This document shows positions 1-12,297 of a DNA stretch of 64,000 nt, one piece after another; position 1 is the first letter of the stretch, and every line of letters starts with the position of its first letter. A program made the translations under genes and the position numbers. The stretch covers positions 22,258,001 to 22,322,000 of the forward strand of contig OX597839.1 in assembly GCA_951406725.2 (NCBI GenBank), written 5' to 3'. The notes under the pieces were generated by a model. It searched no databases and was not told the DNA's origin. It saw nothing but the letters and a program-made list of their open reading frames with translations. This stretch comes from Octopus vulgaris. Lineage: Eukaryota.

Positions 1-184
1 ACGGTAATAATTTTCCGAAACACGGTTCAGATTATGCCGTAGAGGGTTTTAATGCATTCAAAGAAGGTCATTTGCTTAGCTGATATAATTTTTGTAAGGT
101 AATGAATATTCGTAAAAACGAAAAAGTAATATTTTCCTCCCGCCAAAGTAAACGTTACACATTATGTCCGTTCGTAAGTTATAT

Positions 185-399
185 ATTTCTTTACTACCCA
201 CAAGGGGCTACACACAGAGGGGACAAATAAGGACAGACAAACGGATTACGTCGACTCCAGTGCGTAACTGGTACTTAATTTATCGACCCCGAAAGGATGA
301 AAGGCAAAGTCGACCTCGGCGGAATTTGAACTCAGAACGTAACGGCAGGCGAAATACAGCTACGCATTTCGCCCAGCGTGCTAATGTTTCTGCCAGCTC
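185..399 (-). mobile_element. tRNA-derived SINE, family B (Meta-domain-like core)
   Basis: Reverse complement of the recurrent unit GAGCTGGCAGAAACGTTAGC..GAGTTCAAATTCCGCCGAGGTCGACTTTGCCTTTCATCCTTTCGGGGTCGATAAA..GTACCAG. Other copies at about 2677-2892(-), 9512-9960(+, two), 15225-15665(+, two), 36573-36800(+), 58728-58940(+). Confidence 0.85.
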
Positions 400-690
400 A
401 GAGCAGTCGGGTATTTAGATAAAGATAGATATGGCCTGTCAATGGGGTTACTCTGGGTTTCGCGTCCATAAAGCGCTTAGCTTTACAGCGTTTCTTCAGA
501 CCCTAAAACCCGTTGGCCCATGGCCTCTTTCTAGCAAGAGAGGCCACTTTATTTCTAAAAATGAGTGGCCTGTCGATGGGATCTCAGTCCATACAGGGTC
601 AAAGTATGATTTATGTAACCTATGTAGGACCTGCCAGTCTCTCTATCTCGCTTTCTGTCCACACACAACATAGGAAAATATATAAATTCA

Positions 691-1066
691 TCTCTCTCTA
701 TATAAACGGCAGTTTGTCTGTCTGCGTGTCTGTTAGGTTGTACCCTCTCCCTGACCATGGCTTTCAACTGATTCTGATGAAACTTGACACACACATAGCC
801 CAATGTCATAATTCAAAACTAACGCAGCGAAAATTTTGAAAAGTTTCCCCAGTTCTGAAAAAAATCGATAAATTCGACATGGGGTCGAGAATCAGAAACA
901 CAAACCACAGACTGTCTAGGGGACGCAACTCGACCTTTTTTAACTCTCAAAAAAATTTACCATAATTTTTTTTCCATTTTTTTGCTATTTTTTGGCTATA
1001 ACTGTCTAAAAATGCTTTATAGTTATTTCCCTTACAAACCTGAGCAACGCCGGGCGATACTGCTAG
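691..1066 (+). mobile_element. Non-autonomous Helitron
   Basis: Begins A|TC and ends with hairpin CCTGAGCAACGCCGGG, then CGATACTG-CTAG|T. No TSD. Shares its 5' part with 29984-30395 and its 3' end with 16660-17162. Confidence 0.8.
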
Positions 1067-1204
1067 TAAATCTATAAAATACGGAATTTAACAAAAAATA
1101 ATAAAAGAAATGAAAACAGTTCTTACAACAAACTCAATGTGGAAACAGACGGAGGTAAAACACGAATAGCAAAAGTGTGAAAAGGCAAAAAAAAAAAAAA
1201 AATA

Positions 1205-1620
1205 GGCACAGGAGTGGCTGTGTGGTAAGTAGCTTGCTAACCAACCACATGGTTCCGGGTTCAGTCCCACTGCGTGGCACCTTGGGCAAGTGTCTTCTAC
1301 TATAGCCCCGGGCCGACCGATGCCTTGTGAGTGGATTTGGTAGACGGAAACTGAAAGAAGCCTGTCGTATATATGTATATATATATATATGTATGTGTGT
1401 GTATATGTTTGTGCGTCTGTTTGTCCCCCTAGCATTGCTTGACAACCGATGCTGGTGTGTTTACGTCCCCGTCACTTAGCGGTTCGGCAAAAGAGACCGA
1501 TAGAATAAGTACTGGACTTACAAAGAATAAGTCCCGGGGTCGATTTGCTCGACTAAAGGCGGTGCTCCAGCATGGCCGCAGTCAAATGACTGAAACAAGT
1601 AAAAGAGAGTAAAAAAGAGT
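1205..1620 (+). mobile_element. tRNA-derived SINE, family A (full length, internal TA/TG microsatellite)
   Basis: A-box TGGCTGTGTGG, B-box GGTTCAGTCCC, core CCTTGGGCAAGTG, tail CCAGCATGGCCGCAGTCAAATGACTGAAACAAGTAAAAGAG. Near-identical copies elsewhere in the window. Confidence 0.9.
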
Positions 1621-2397
1621 AAATAAAACCTAAGTACAAGCGAAGAGAATGGAAACGAAATAAAAAGGGTTTTTGGAAACGGACGCTGTACTTCATATTT
1701 TTAATTTTCTGTTGGTTGTTTCTGTTTTATGAAATCATTTACAATTAATATTTTCCATCTGTGATTGACTTTCAACATTTCAGAACCAATAAATATCCGT
1801 CAAGGGTTGACATCGATTACATCGACTTGAGACGCTCTCTCATCATCTCTGACCTCGTGTCAAGACTAAAACTGATTTATTTTATGAAGCAAATTCATTA
1901 GGATCTTTTCCAAATCCATGTCGTCTTTGTAGAGATATTTTTTAACGAATTAACTGAATATTAAACCACAAGATGAAACAGCAAATCCCTTTTGATTGCT
2001 CATCCGCGCCATTTCGGTGACGGAGGGAGGAAATCTTTTCCAAAGTAACTTCGTTGCAGGAATCTATAAAATGTAAATGAAGAATCGAGTTTAATCCATT
2101 TTGTATCGATTTCGTTGAACCATGACGCAAGGATCAGACAAAATTATATTTGTTAAAGCAAGGAATCTCTGCTAAAGCTTTTCTACAAATAATGGTTCTT
2201 GTTTTTGATACAAGACCAACAGTTTTGAAGGAAGGGGTCGAGTCGGTTACATTGACCCCAGTACTTGACTGGTACTTTATTTTATTACCCCCCCCCCGAA
2301 AGGACTAATGTAAAGTTAGCTTCAGCGGGATTTGAACTCAGAACATTAAGAGCCAGAACAAACTACTTGACAGAGATGAGCAAAAAAAAAAAAAAAT

Positions 2398-2667
2398 GTC
2401 CCCCACCCTCACTAAAGTCCAGACCTTGCCCCCTGTAACTCTTGCTTGTTCCCCAAACTAGAGATGAAGGAGGCTGTCACATGGCTCCGAGACACCTTCA
2501 CTTTAGAGGACTTACGCGACGCCTTCACAAAATGGTTGGAACGCTATAACAACACGTGCATTGAAGATAAAGGGCCCTACTTTGAAGGAGATTAGGGTTT
2601 TGCACTTCTTTGTAATTAATTAAGGTCTCTCCCGAAAAAATTCTCAGAACTTCTGGAATGCACATAC
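2398..2667 (+). mobile_element. mariner transposase C-terminal relic
   Basis: Translates as PHPH*SPDLAPCNSCLFPKL..EMKEAVTWLRDTFTLEDLRDAFTKWLERYNNTCIEDKGPYFEGD*, matching the mariner HPPYSPDLAP and KCI..G.YFE motifs. Confidence 0.8.
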
Positions 2668-3412
2668 ATCAATATGCATTTCTTGACTACCCACACGGGG
2701 CTAAACACAGAGGGGATAAACAAGGACAGACAAACGGATTAAGTCGATTATATCGACCCCAGTGCGTAACTGGTACTTAATTTATTGACCCCGAAAGGAT
2801 GAAAGGCAAAGTCGACCTCGGCGGAATTTGAACTCAGAACGTAACGGCAGACGAAATACGGCTACGCATTTCGCCCGGCGTGCTAACGTTTGGTATGTGC
2901 TGTGGTGTTGTGGTGGTGGTGTGTGTGTGGTGTGTGCCGGATGAGTGTAAAGATTACTTTCAGAGCAACAATTATTTTGAGAGTTCGTTACTAATCTTTG
3001 TAAATTGAGAACTTGATATTTGAGTTTCGAATTAATAACCGTGAATTAGCTGTGAATGGTAAGAGCATTGGACAAAACATTTTCAGGCATTTGTTCGATT
3101 TTCAGATTACTTTAGGGGTACACGTTTCTATGGAATACTCAGCCGCTTGCATACTAATCCAATGAGGAGGTTGTTTATTCGAATGGGACAACTAAATCCT
3201 CCCAGCCGAAACCGACGGAGACCCATTCCAACGAGATGACTTGGAATAACCAGATACAACATTGAAATAACAAAGTCTGTGTGTCGCTCTGAGTAGCGAG
3301 CAATTAATAAGCAAGAAAACGTTAGTTTCCTTTATTTTCTCAACTCGGATGAAGAATTCAAGTCCGAAACGTTAAATTCGTGAACTTCAATTTCAATAGT
3401 ATTTGAAGCTCG

Positions 3413-3541
<129 letters not shown>

Positions 3542-4784
3542 ATGTAAGTCTTTCTGTCCGTGTTTGTCCCTTACCATCGCTTGACAACCGCTTTTGGTGT
3601 GTTACGTCCCTGTAGCTAAGCGGTTCGGCAAAAGACAACTGATAGAATAAGTATCAGGCTTGGAAAAAAAAGTCTCCTAAAACCCAAATAAGCACTGGGT
3701 TCAATTCAATCGGCAAAAAATCATTGAAGGCAGTGCTCCAGCATGGTCACACTCTAATGGCTGTCAGATGAAGCAATTCTACAATTTCCCAAAGCATTGG
3801 ATGACTGGAGCCCACATTTTCTATGCTGTCCCCAATCACACAATACCTGTCAAAGAGGATTTGATATTCCTGCTGTCTTCTGTTAAAGACAGGATTGTTG
3901 TTGATTGGGACCTCGAAAGAGAATATCCTATTATAAATTGGAGTGATGTTTCTCTGTCCATTACGCTTTTATGTTCGTTAACTCCTCCTAGACCGTAGGT
4001 TTTCATTTCTTTTATTATTTTTTGTTAAATTCTGTATTTTATAGATTTATGAATTTATATATTTTCATATGTTGTATTTCAACTCCCGCGTACGACTGAC
4101 TACGAACTGGTATTATTCATCTTTCTCGATGGCTGTCGACCCTTTCACTGTCTTCTTCGAGCGAAACTCGAACCAGCAACTCCCCTAATACCAGGGAATG
4201 TCCTAAGGGGTTGGTTTCTATTTTTATTAAAGGCTGCCTAATTGGGGCCCCACTGACCCGCCCTATTTTTACTGCATTTTAAACTAAATACATGTCATTG
4301 GCGACCAAATCGGAGCAATGACAATGAAATTCATACCATGAACTCTCAGGGAGTATCGTAAGGAGGTTCAATATCTGAAGGGCCGCTTAAATGGGGCCTC
4401 ACTGACCTTCCCCTACGCTTACTGATTAAACAATGAGCAGCATCAGTGCTTGGCACATTTGCAGGAATAAGTTTGGTCATTCTAAAATACCTTCAAGTGT
4501 GGTAGCGTGGATATTCATATTTTGTAGTTTATGAAACTTATGTCTAGTATTATTATAAATGGAGAAAAAAAAGCGGGGGAGGGGGGGAGGGCTGGCAGAA
4601 TCATTGCTGTACTGGAGAAAATGGTCGCTCTGAGTTCAAATTCCACCGGGGTCAACTTTGCCTTTCATTCTTTCGGGGTCGGTGAAATATGTACCAATTG
4701 CGCACCGAGGGTTAATGTAATCGACTTACCCCTCCCCTCAAAATAGTTGGGTCTGTGCCAAAAAGTAGGAAGAATTACTAGAAT

Positions 4785-5650
4785 TGAAATCTGCTTCTCT
4801 AAATTCGTAAAAGAAATTGTCAGACTTTTGACAACGATAGGAACATTTTCCCAAACCTTAATTCTAGCCCCGGATTCCTCGAATTGGAGAGAACCAATGT
4901 TCTTGGAATCTACTAGATTGTCCACATCATCGTTTCCCACGGGGTGGAGGTATTTATGGCAAATATACCCCTATTCTATCCCTTTCTGTGCCGTTTTAGA
5001 TATTAACTCCATGGTGATATAACGAAGGAGACTCTTCGTGGTCACTCGACTTGCTAGAAATTGCAGCCAAATCTCCTTCAAATCACTCACTGCTGTCTTA
5101 GAAAAGAATACATTGGATAATGTGGTCGTAAGTTCCCTGCACCGAAGAAAAAACGGGATGGTCATGATTGGAATACTTTTGATCACAGGGTCGGCTTGTT
5201 TAGGATTAACCTGGGTGTAAACAACCACGGGAGCAACCGAGGAAGATGTTTAGGTGAAGCTGTCTTGCAGGGTTTCATTGCCATTGTTTAAACATTCTAT
5301 TAAGAAATAGTAATTAATGTTTTAAATAATGATCTTTCATTAGGAACTTTAATCGGAACGTAATGTCAGACAGGGACCGACGTGTTTAGGAGTGAGTTTA
5401 TTTACCCACAGAGCTTACTTTCAAAACCAGTATAAGTGCATATTTGGTCGATTTCATGATGACCCTTAAAACACACTGTAGAAGCTGCTGGCTTCACGTA
5501 CGGGAAATCTTTTTCAGCCAAACTGGGATAGATTCCATAGAGACAGGAGGCGAATCTTAGTCTTCCAATCCAAATCAGATAGATTTAGAGACTGAATTTC
5601 CTTAATTACTCAAAAGTCATTCCGATGTCGACTCAGGTGAAATTGCCCTC
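4785..5650 (-). pseudogene. Possible decayed Polinton/adintovirus minor capsid (penton) gene, interrupted by a repeat at about 5040-5225
   Basis: N-terminal piece DF*VIKEIQSLNLSDLDWK..LLSLWN and C-terminal piece SLLRYITMEL..G..YLHPV..DNLVDSKNIGSLQFEESG recall penton motifs. Combined length is about 225 codons. Resemblance judged by eye only. Confidence 0.3.
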
Positions 5651-5689
5651 TCCCAATTATATATATATATACGAGCATTCGAACGTAGC

Positions 5690-6747
5690 AGGGAACAGCT
5701 AACCTTTGACCGCTATTTGGATCACGTTGTGTCCACTACTCTGGTTGGAGTTGGCGCTATTTCTCTCCCACTCGGTTGTGCCAGTTTGCCGCGGATAACC
5801 AGTCCTAGGATCACGTGGGACATCCTATTTACTTCCCTGTTTCAGTCCATTTACAGCCTATTTACGGCCCTGTTTCAGCCTACAGCTCCTTATAAAAACC
5901 CCGCGTTTGCTCGTTCCGATGTCTTGGGTTCCAGACCTTTTAAGGTCTAGCCGCTGACCATGAAGACACGGCCACTCCAAGAGACAATGCCACTACCACC
6001 GCAGCTACGCTGAGACTTACCAACTTTCTCACCAGGATCTTCAATAGCACTGAGGCAACCTCCTTCGCATTCGTCACCACCATCATCTCCTTCTTAACGC
6101 TGTCAACATCCTCTCTCTACATACACAGCTCAGCAACAAAATCCACCCAGGTTCCAACAGTTCGTGAATTATTTCACTACGGATCAACAGCGAATTTACG
6201 ACCAACATGAACTCCTGTACAAGTGACCCAGGCAGCAGCATCACAGCCACGATTTCACGTACATGTACCTGTAACCGGTTCAGCATCATTGCCGCAACTT
6301 CTTGATACAGTATTTCAACTCACGCGTACGACTGACTACGAACTGGTATTATTCATCTTTCTCGATGGCTGTCGACCCTTTCACTATCTTCTTCACTGTC
6401 ATCCTTAAATGTTCTTAACACGCGAATACATCTATGCCGACACAAACCTCACCACCTCACCAACAACAACACTGAACACCTTTTTGATCTTCATGTGTCT
6501 AACACACGTGGACATGCCTACAAAGTCAGAAAACAACACAGCTCCCATGACTTTCGGAAACATTTTTTCACGCTGAGAGTTGCTGAAGCATGGAATAAAC
6601 TGCCTGCGTCAGTTGTTGACTGCCATGACACTGCATCCTTTAAGGCCCTCATGCTTTCCGAAATCCGCCGAAACTACACCTGATTATATATACACTTTAG
6701 ATGAGTTGTAGTGCACCTGAGCACTGTACACAATTATTATTATTATT
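5690..6747 (+). mobile_element. CR1-like LINE derivative (ORF2 3' end plus (ATT)n tail)
   Basis: 6495-6683 encodes SNTRGHAYKVRKQHSSHDFRKHFFTLRVAEAWNKLPASVV..FK, the canonical CR1-group ORF2 C-terminus, followed by an ATT tail. Assigning the upstream 5.7-6.4 kb to the same element is tentative. Confidence 0.7.
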
Positions 6748-7406
6748 AAACAAGTACATTTTGTTCTCATGACGTCCTCTCAATTATTCCGTATACATGA
6801 CGCACGCACACTCGTTATCTCATCAGTAAATGTTCTTTTAATCATTCTTACGCGGTTGTCTCTTTCCATCTGGCGTTTTTTTATTCTATTAGTCCCTCTT
6901 TATTGTAACGGCTGTGTGATGTGGTACAAAAGAGCCATCCTCGTCACCTCACATCGCACGGTCCCTTACAAATCGGTGACCCCGACTTAGAACCATCGCG
7001 CGGCCCATTACAAATTGGCGACCCGTACGGTCCTTGCAAATTGATGAACTGACTCAAAACACGCATCCACGGCCATTACAAATGCATATATCTGGTTTTG
7101 AGAGTAAGCTGTGTCTTATAAATAGTTTACACATCAGATGGACGTCTGGCAGGAACTTAATATTTCACTAGAAATCAATCGAGTGAAAGAAAGTTCCTCG
7201 TTGCTGAATGTCGAAGACATGGAAAGAAGAAACAAATTGTTTACACACACACACACACACACACACAATAGGTTTCTTTTAGCTTCCGTCTACCAAACAA
7301 TGCCTACTAGAAGACATTTGCCCAAGGTGCCACGTAGTGGGATTGAACCTGGAACCATGTGGTTGGTAAGCAAGCTACTTACCACACACCCACTCCCGCG
7401 CCTATG

Positions 7407-7976
<570 letters not shown>

Positions 7977-8217
7977 ATTACAGATTTATGCGCACTTACT
8001 TGTCAACCTGCCACCAAGCCCATTGTTCACTGATCTTATGGTGGTCTGCCCTTGGGCAGGTCCTGTGCATGTGAGCCTTCTCCAGCACAACCTCTGTACG
8101 ACCTGGGGTTACCTGTACCTTCCTCTGCCACTGTTAAGTACGAGACTAATGGAACTCTGGTCCTCCATGACTAACGATGAATACTAGGCTGCTTTCCCGT
8201 CGTCTTCTCCAGGCAAC

Positions 8218-8285
8218 CTGGGTTTGACCTCTGGGCTTGACCTCTGGGTTTGACCTCTGGGTTTGACCTCTGGGTTTGACCTCTG
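8218..8285. repeat. 13-bp tandem repeat (CTGGGTTTGACCT) x5
   Basis: Directly visible. Confidence 0.95.
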
Positions 8286-8799
8286 AATATGGACAGAGAT
8301 CCGGAATGTATATTGTACCGCATCTCTACCGACGCGCTGACGATTCTTCCCCTCTCCCAGGCACAGAGCAACGCGAAATGGTTTTCGATCAAGAACACAA
8401 CGTTGCTGCCCGGTCTGGGAATCGAACTCGCGAATTAGCGATCGCGAGCGCAACTCCCTAACCACACTCGGCTACGCTCTTTCACATTTACTGATCATCT
8501 CATTAAATTTCGTTTTAAATATTTATTCCAAACATGAAGCAATATAATTGTGTGTGTTTAAAAAGATTTGAAGGTCTCGGGTGGGGGACAACTTGTGTTT
8601 CTCGGAACGAACCCCCTTTTTTCTTTTATGTTCTTTTATTCATTTATCACTGATTCATTTAATACGGAATTTTTATTTTAGAACCAAACACCGATAATAA
8701 AACGAAGATAAAATATATAACCGTTCCAACACCAAAAACGGGTTTATATCTCTAATCCACCAAAAGTTCCAGTTCGTAAAATATTCTTGGAATACTATC

Positions 8800-8862
8800 A
8801 AAAAAAAGAAAGAAAGAAAGAAAGAAAGAAAGAAAAAAGAAAGAAAGAAAGAAAGAAAAAAA

Positions 8863-8918
<56 letters not shown>

Positions 8919-8921
8919 AAA

Positions 8922-8969
<48 letters not shown>

Positions 8970-9073
8970 AAAAAAGAAAGAAAGGAAGAAAGAAAAGAAA
9001 GAAAAAAAGAAAGAAAGAAAGAAAGAAAAAAAAGAAAGAAAGAAAGAAAAGAAAGAAAAGAAAGAAAGAAAAA
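8800..9073. repeat. (GAAA)n microsatellite
   Basis: Directly visible. Confidence 0.98.
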
Positions 9074-9944
9074 GCATTAGTTAAGTGAGTGTTAAAACCG
9101 CCGAATAAATTAAGATTAATGTGGAAGACAAGGTGGGGATTACTGAGATCTCATTCTTCTTTTGGCAGACGATAAGGAAAGTAAACAGAAACAAGTATGG
9201 TTTCCTGTTTTCGCCGTCCGTTGGTGAGTTTATTCACTGCACAAAGGAGAAGTGTAACATGGCGTAATTATTTCCACGTGACTAATATCGGAAGATTCAT
9301 TAAAATCGAGCATTGATCTGTGACGAGCAGCATTCGGAGCATCTATGTTCCTTCAGAACATCGATCATTGAAATATGTTTGCATGTATCAAGGATTAAAT
9401 TTTCAAAATAAACGAGAGCTTCTTGGAGGCCAAATAGCGCCTTAGATTCATAAAAAAACTTCCTCAATGTTTGCCCATACAGCTCTTTTAGAAAACATTA
9501 TTATTATTATTGGCAGAAACGTTAGCACGCCGGGCGAAATGCGTGGCCGTATTTCATATGCCGTTACGTTCTGAGTTCAAATTCCGCCGAGGTCGACTTT
9601 GCCTTTCATCCCTTCGGGGTCGATAAATTAAGTACCAGTTACGCACTGGGGTCGATGTAATCGACTTAATCCCTTTGTATGTCCTTGTTTGTCCTCTCTG
9701 TGTTTAGTGGGTAGTAAAGAAAAAAAAAAAATTATTATTATTATGGCGGCGTACTGGCAGAATCGTTAACACGCCGGGCAAAATACTTAGCAGTATTTCG
9801 TCAGTCGCTACGTTCTGAGTTCAAATTCCGCCAAGGTCGACTTTTACTTTCATCCTTTCGAGATCGATAAATTAAGAACCTGTTGAGCTGTAATGTAATC
9901 GATTAATTCTCTCCCCCCCAAAATTTCAGGCCTTTAGCAGAAGG

Positions 9945-10135
9945 ATTATTATTATTATTATTATATGGAAACTCACAGCTTATTTTGCTGGGTATGATGG
10001 AAAGTGTCAGGTGTCCACAACCAGCAGACTAAGGAGACACATGTTTACTGGTCATGCTTCAATAACCCTGCGAAGAATTCTTGCAGTTCCAAGCAATGCT
10101 GATTTTTGTAGGTGTTCTACCTTCACACCTGCTCT
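9945..10135 (-). mobile_element. R4/Dong-like (RLE) LINE 3' end
   Basis: Minus strand reads AGVKVEHLQKSALLGTARILRRVIEA*, then a short 3' UTR and a (TAA)n tail. Confidence 0.85.
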
Positions 10136-10554
10136 GATCTTATTATTATTGTTGTTGTTGTTGTTGTTTTTCTGATACAGGTTTATTAGACATCAAGTTG
10201 CATTGCGTAACCCGAGGCATCTCGCATCTTCCTTAGTAGTCCTTACTATGCCAACCAAACAAGCTTTCTGTAAAATCAGGAAATTCGCCTCGATATCCAA
10301 CCTCCTCAATCAACCGTTCCGAATTCTTAGAACTGGTTCTAAGGTTTCCATTACAATTGGAATAATAATAACTTTACTCTAACTCCAGATTCTTTGAAGT
10401 TCATATTTTGGGTCCTGATATTTTCCCATTTACTTGTGTTCTTTGTCAACCACTTTTGTATGAAACGGGCAAACAACATCGATTAACAACACACTTTCCT
10501 CTGTGTTGAGTACAACATCATCTGAATATTTTATTTGCCCATTGTATCCCAAAA

Positions 10555-11110
10555 TATAGAGAGGCATGAGGAATGAGAAGGTACTTGGAAAGCTGTGAAA
10601 TGTGGACCTTAAGGAGAATATTGAGGATAGCATGACAAAGTGTCTAATGAAGAAGTGATGACCCCTGGGTTGTAGAAAATAGGAAACTGCTTCGAGAGAT
10701 AAGGGCCAGACGACTGAGATTTTTTGGTCATGTGATGAGGAAAAAGGGCCTGGAAAATTTAGTGATGACCGGAAATATTGTAGGGAAAAGAAGCAGTGAA
10801 AGGAGAAGGGTGATACGGATGTCAAGCTTTGGAAGAAAGAGGTTGGAAGAAAGAGGCATTAAACATCAGAAGGTGATATAATAAAACGAAGAACTGAGAA
10901 CGGTGGCAGGACACGATCGTCTGTCCTGCATTCTGGGTATGGCGCCTAAAGAAGATCGTCTGTCCTGCATTCTGGGTATGGCGCCTAAAGAAGATCGTCT
11001 GTCCTGCATTCTGGGTATGGCGCCTAAAGAAGATCGTCTGTCCTGCATTCTGGGTATGGCGCCTAAAGAAGATCGTCTGTCCTGCATTCTGGGTATGGCG
11101 CCTAAAGAAG
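10555..11110 (+). mobile_element. RTE LINE 3' fragment
   Basis: LESCEMWTLRRILRIA..VSNEEVM and RLRFFGHVMRKKGLENLVMTGNIVGKRS, typical of RTE/BovB C-termini. Confidence 0.8.
10915..11109 (+). repeat. 39-bp perfect tandem repeat x5 at the RTE 3' end
   Basis: Unit GATCGTCTGTCCTGCATTCTGGGTATGGCGCCTAAAGAA, no spacers. Confidence 0.97.
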
Positions 11111-11167
11111 ACGCATAATTCCTGTACATTCTAAATTCCAGTGATGTGTTCTGTTTTATAGTCACAT

Positions 11168-11448
11168 GAAGCTCCACGAGGCTCCGGCAGGGGATGGTGG
11201 TGATCCCTGCTGTACTCTTTCACCACAACTTTCTCTCACTCTTACTTCCTGTTTCTGTTGTACCTGTATTTCAAAGGGCCGGCCTTGTCACTCTCTGTGT
11301 CACGCTGAATATCCCCGAGAACTACGTTAAGGGTACACGTGTCTGTGGAGTGCTCAGCCACTTACACGTTAATTTCACGAGCAGGCTGTTCAGTTGATTC
11401 GGATCAACCGGAACCCTCGTCGTCGCAACCGACGGAGTGCTTCCATCA
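11168..11448 (+). mobile_element. 5'-truncated SINE with 13-bp TSD
   Basis: Flanked by TTTATAGTCACAT at 11155-11167 and 11449-11461. Tail CCCTCGTCGTCG.AACCGACGG is shared with 11765-12072. Confidence 0.85.
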
Positions 11449-11764
11449 TTTATAGTCACATCATTTATCCATTCTTTTACAGACTCACCAATGTAGGTTT
11501 GTAACAATCATATCTCCAGTTATTACAATACTCTCTGAGCAAACATTTTACATTCAAAGATTTCTCTTTCTCCATAAATTCTACATTCAAATAAGATTTC
11601 TAGTTTAGGTGAAAGAAAATATCAAACAACTACACAAGCACGGAATATTAAAGAGTTGCAAAGATGAAAGAAGCCAGTAAAAGGTACCTGAAGGAAAGAC
11701 CTAAACAAGCTGGAAACGAAATTTTACTTTGAGTGAACTGAACACGAGGGGATATTAAACAGGC

Positions 11765-12072
11765 TTTCCGTCGGTTACGACGACGAGGGTCCCAGCTGAT
11801 CCGATTAACGGAACAACCTACTTGTGAAGTTAACATGCAAGTGGCTGAGCACTGCACAGATAGATGCATCCTTAACATAGTTCCCTCAGGGAGATTCAGC
11901 TTAACACAGAATGTGACATGGCTGGCCCCCTTCGAATTACAGGTACAAATCACTTTTTGCCAGGTGAGTGGACTGGAGCAACGTGAAATAAAGTGTCTTG
12001 CTCAAGAACACAACGCGATGCCGGGAATCGAACTCATGACCTTACTCATAACCACTAAGCCACGCGCCTTCA
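11765..12072 (-). mobile_element. tRNA-derived SINE, family C
   Basis: Head GAAGGCGCGTGGCTTAGTGGTTA..GAGTTCGATTCC, core GTGTTCTTGAGCAAGACACTT. Related heads at about 8300-8485(-), 26690-26830(-), 44217-44460(+), 50335-50600(+), 59525-59760(+), 60945-61245(+), 61730-62020(+). Confidence 0.8.
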
Positions 12073-12077
12073 CCAAG

Positions 12078-12225
12078 AGTGGATATAAACGAAGAATAGT
12101 AGCAATTTGGAACGAAGTAGGCATGTTTCCAGTAACGGAACAGAAACTGGACGAGCAAGAATGTTCTATGAAGCATAATGGCTACCTATTAAATGTGGAA
12201 TTATGGGAAATTTAAAGAGGACATA
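12078..12225 (+). mobile_element. R4/Dong-like LINE N-terminal ORF relic
   Basis: SGYKRRIVAIWNEVGMFPVTEQKLDEQECSMKHNGYLLNVELWEI resembles the GYRKRM..IW...GMF.VTEQRL.DQ motif of R4/Dong ORFs. Confidence 0.7.
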
Positions 12226-12297
12226 GAAAACCCCACGGGGAACGGAAAGATAATGTAATACAAAGATGTGTGTGTGTGTATGTGTGTGTATAAAATA

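Larger units (their letters stand above)
10190..11600 (-). mobile_element. Decayed R4/Dong-like LINE (Zn knuckle plus RLE endonuclease), split by RTE and SINE insertions
   Basis: Pieces: ECRIYGERE..ECKMFAQR (about 11520-11600); DVVLNTEESVLLIDVVCPFHTKVVDKEHK*MGKYQDPKYELQRIW..IIPIV..LQKACL (10200-10520). Confidence 0.7.

Noticed and set aside
1205-1280. tRNA genes at SINE heads (also 15973, 37860, 44217)
   Set aside because: A/B boxes are present but there is no complete cloverleaf, and each continues into a SINE body.
1942-2066. Minus-strand exon after TTTTATAG (for example FLQRSYFGKDFLPPSPKWRG*)
   Set aside because: Plausible acceptor, but no recognisable protein and no way to fix the frame without transcripts.
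3342-3378. Hammerhead-like CGGATGA..GTCC-GAAAC-GTT
   Set aside because: Core, stem I and stem II are all mismatched; too degenerate to call.
8673-8797. Minus-strand exon after the (TTTC)n tract
   Set aside because: The pyrimidine tract is a microsatellite; the translation is unrecognisable and there is no good donor.
10915-11109. 39-bp repeat as a CRISPR array or repeat protein
   Set aside because: Units are contiguous with no unique spacers, there are no cas genes, the context is eukaryotic, and it derives from an RTE 3' end.
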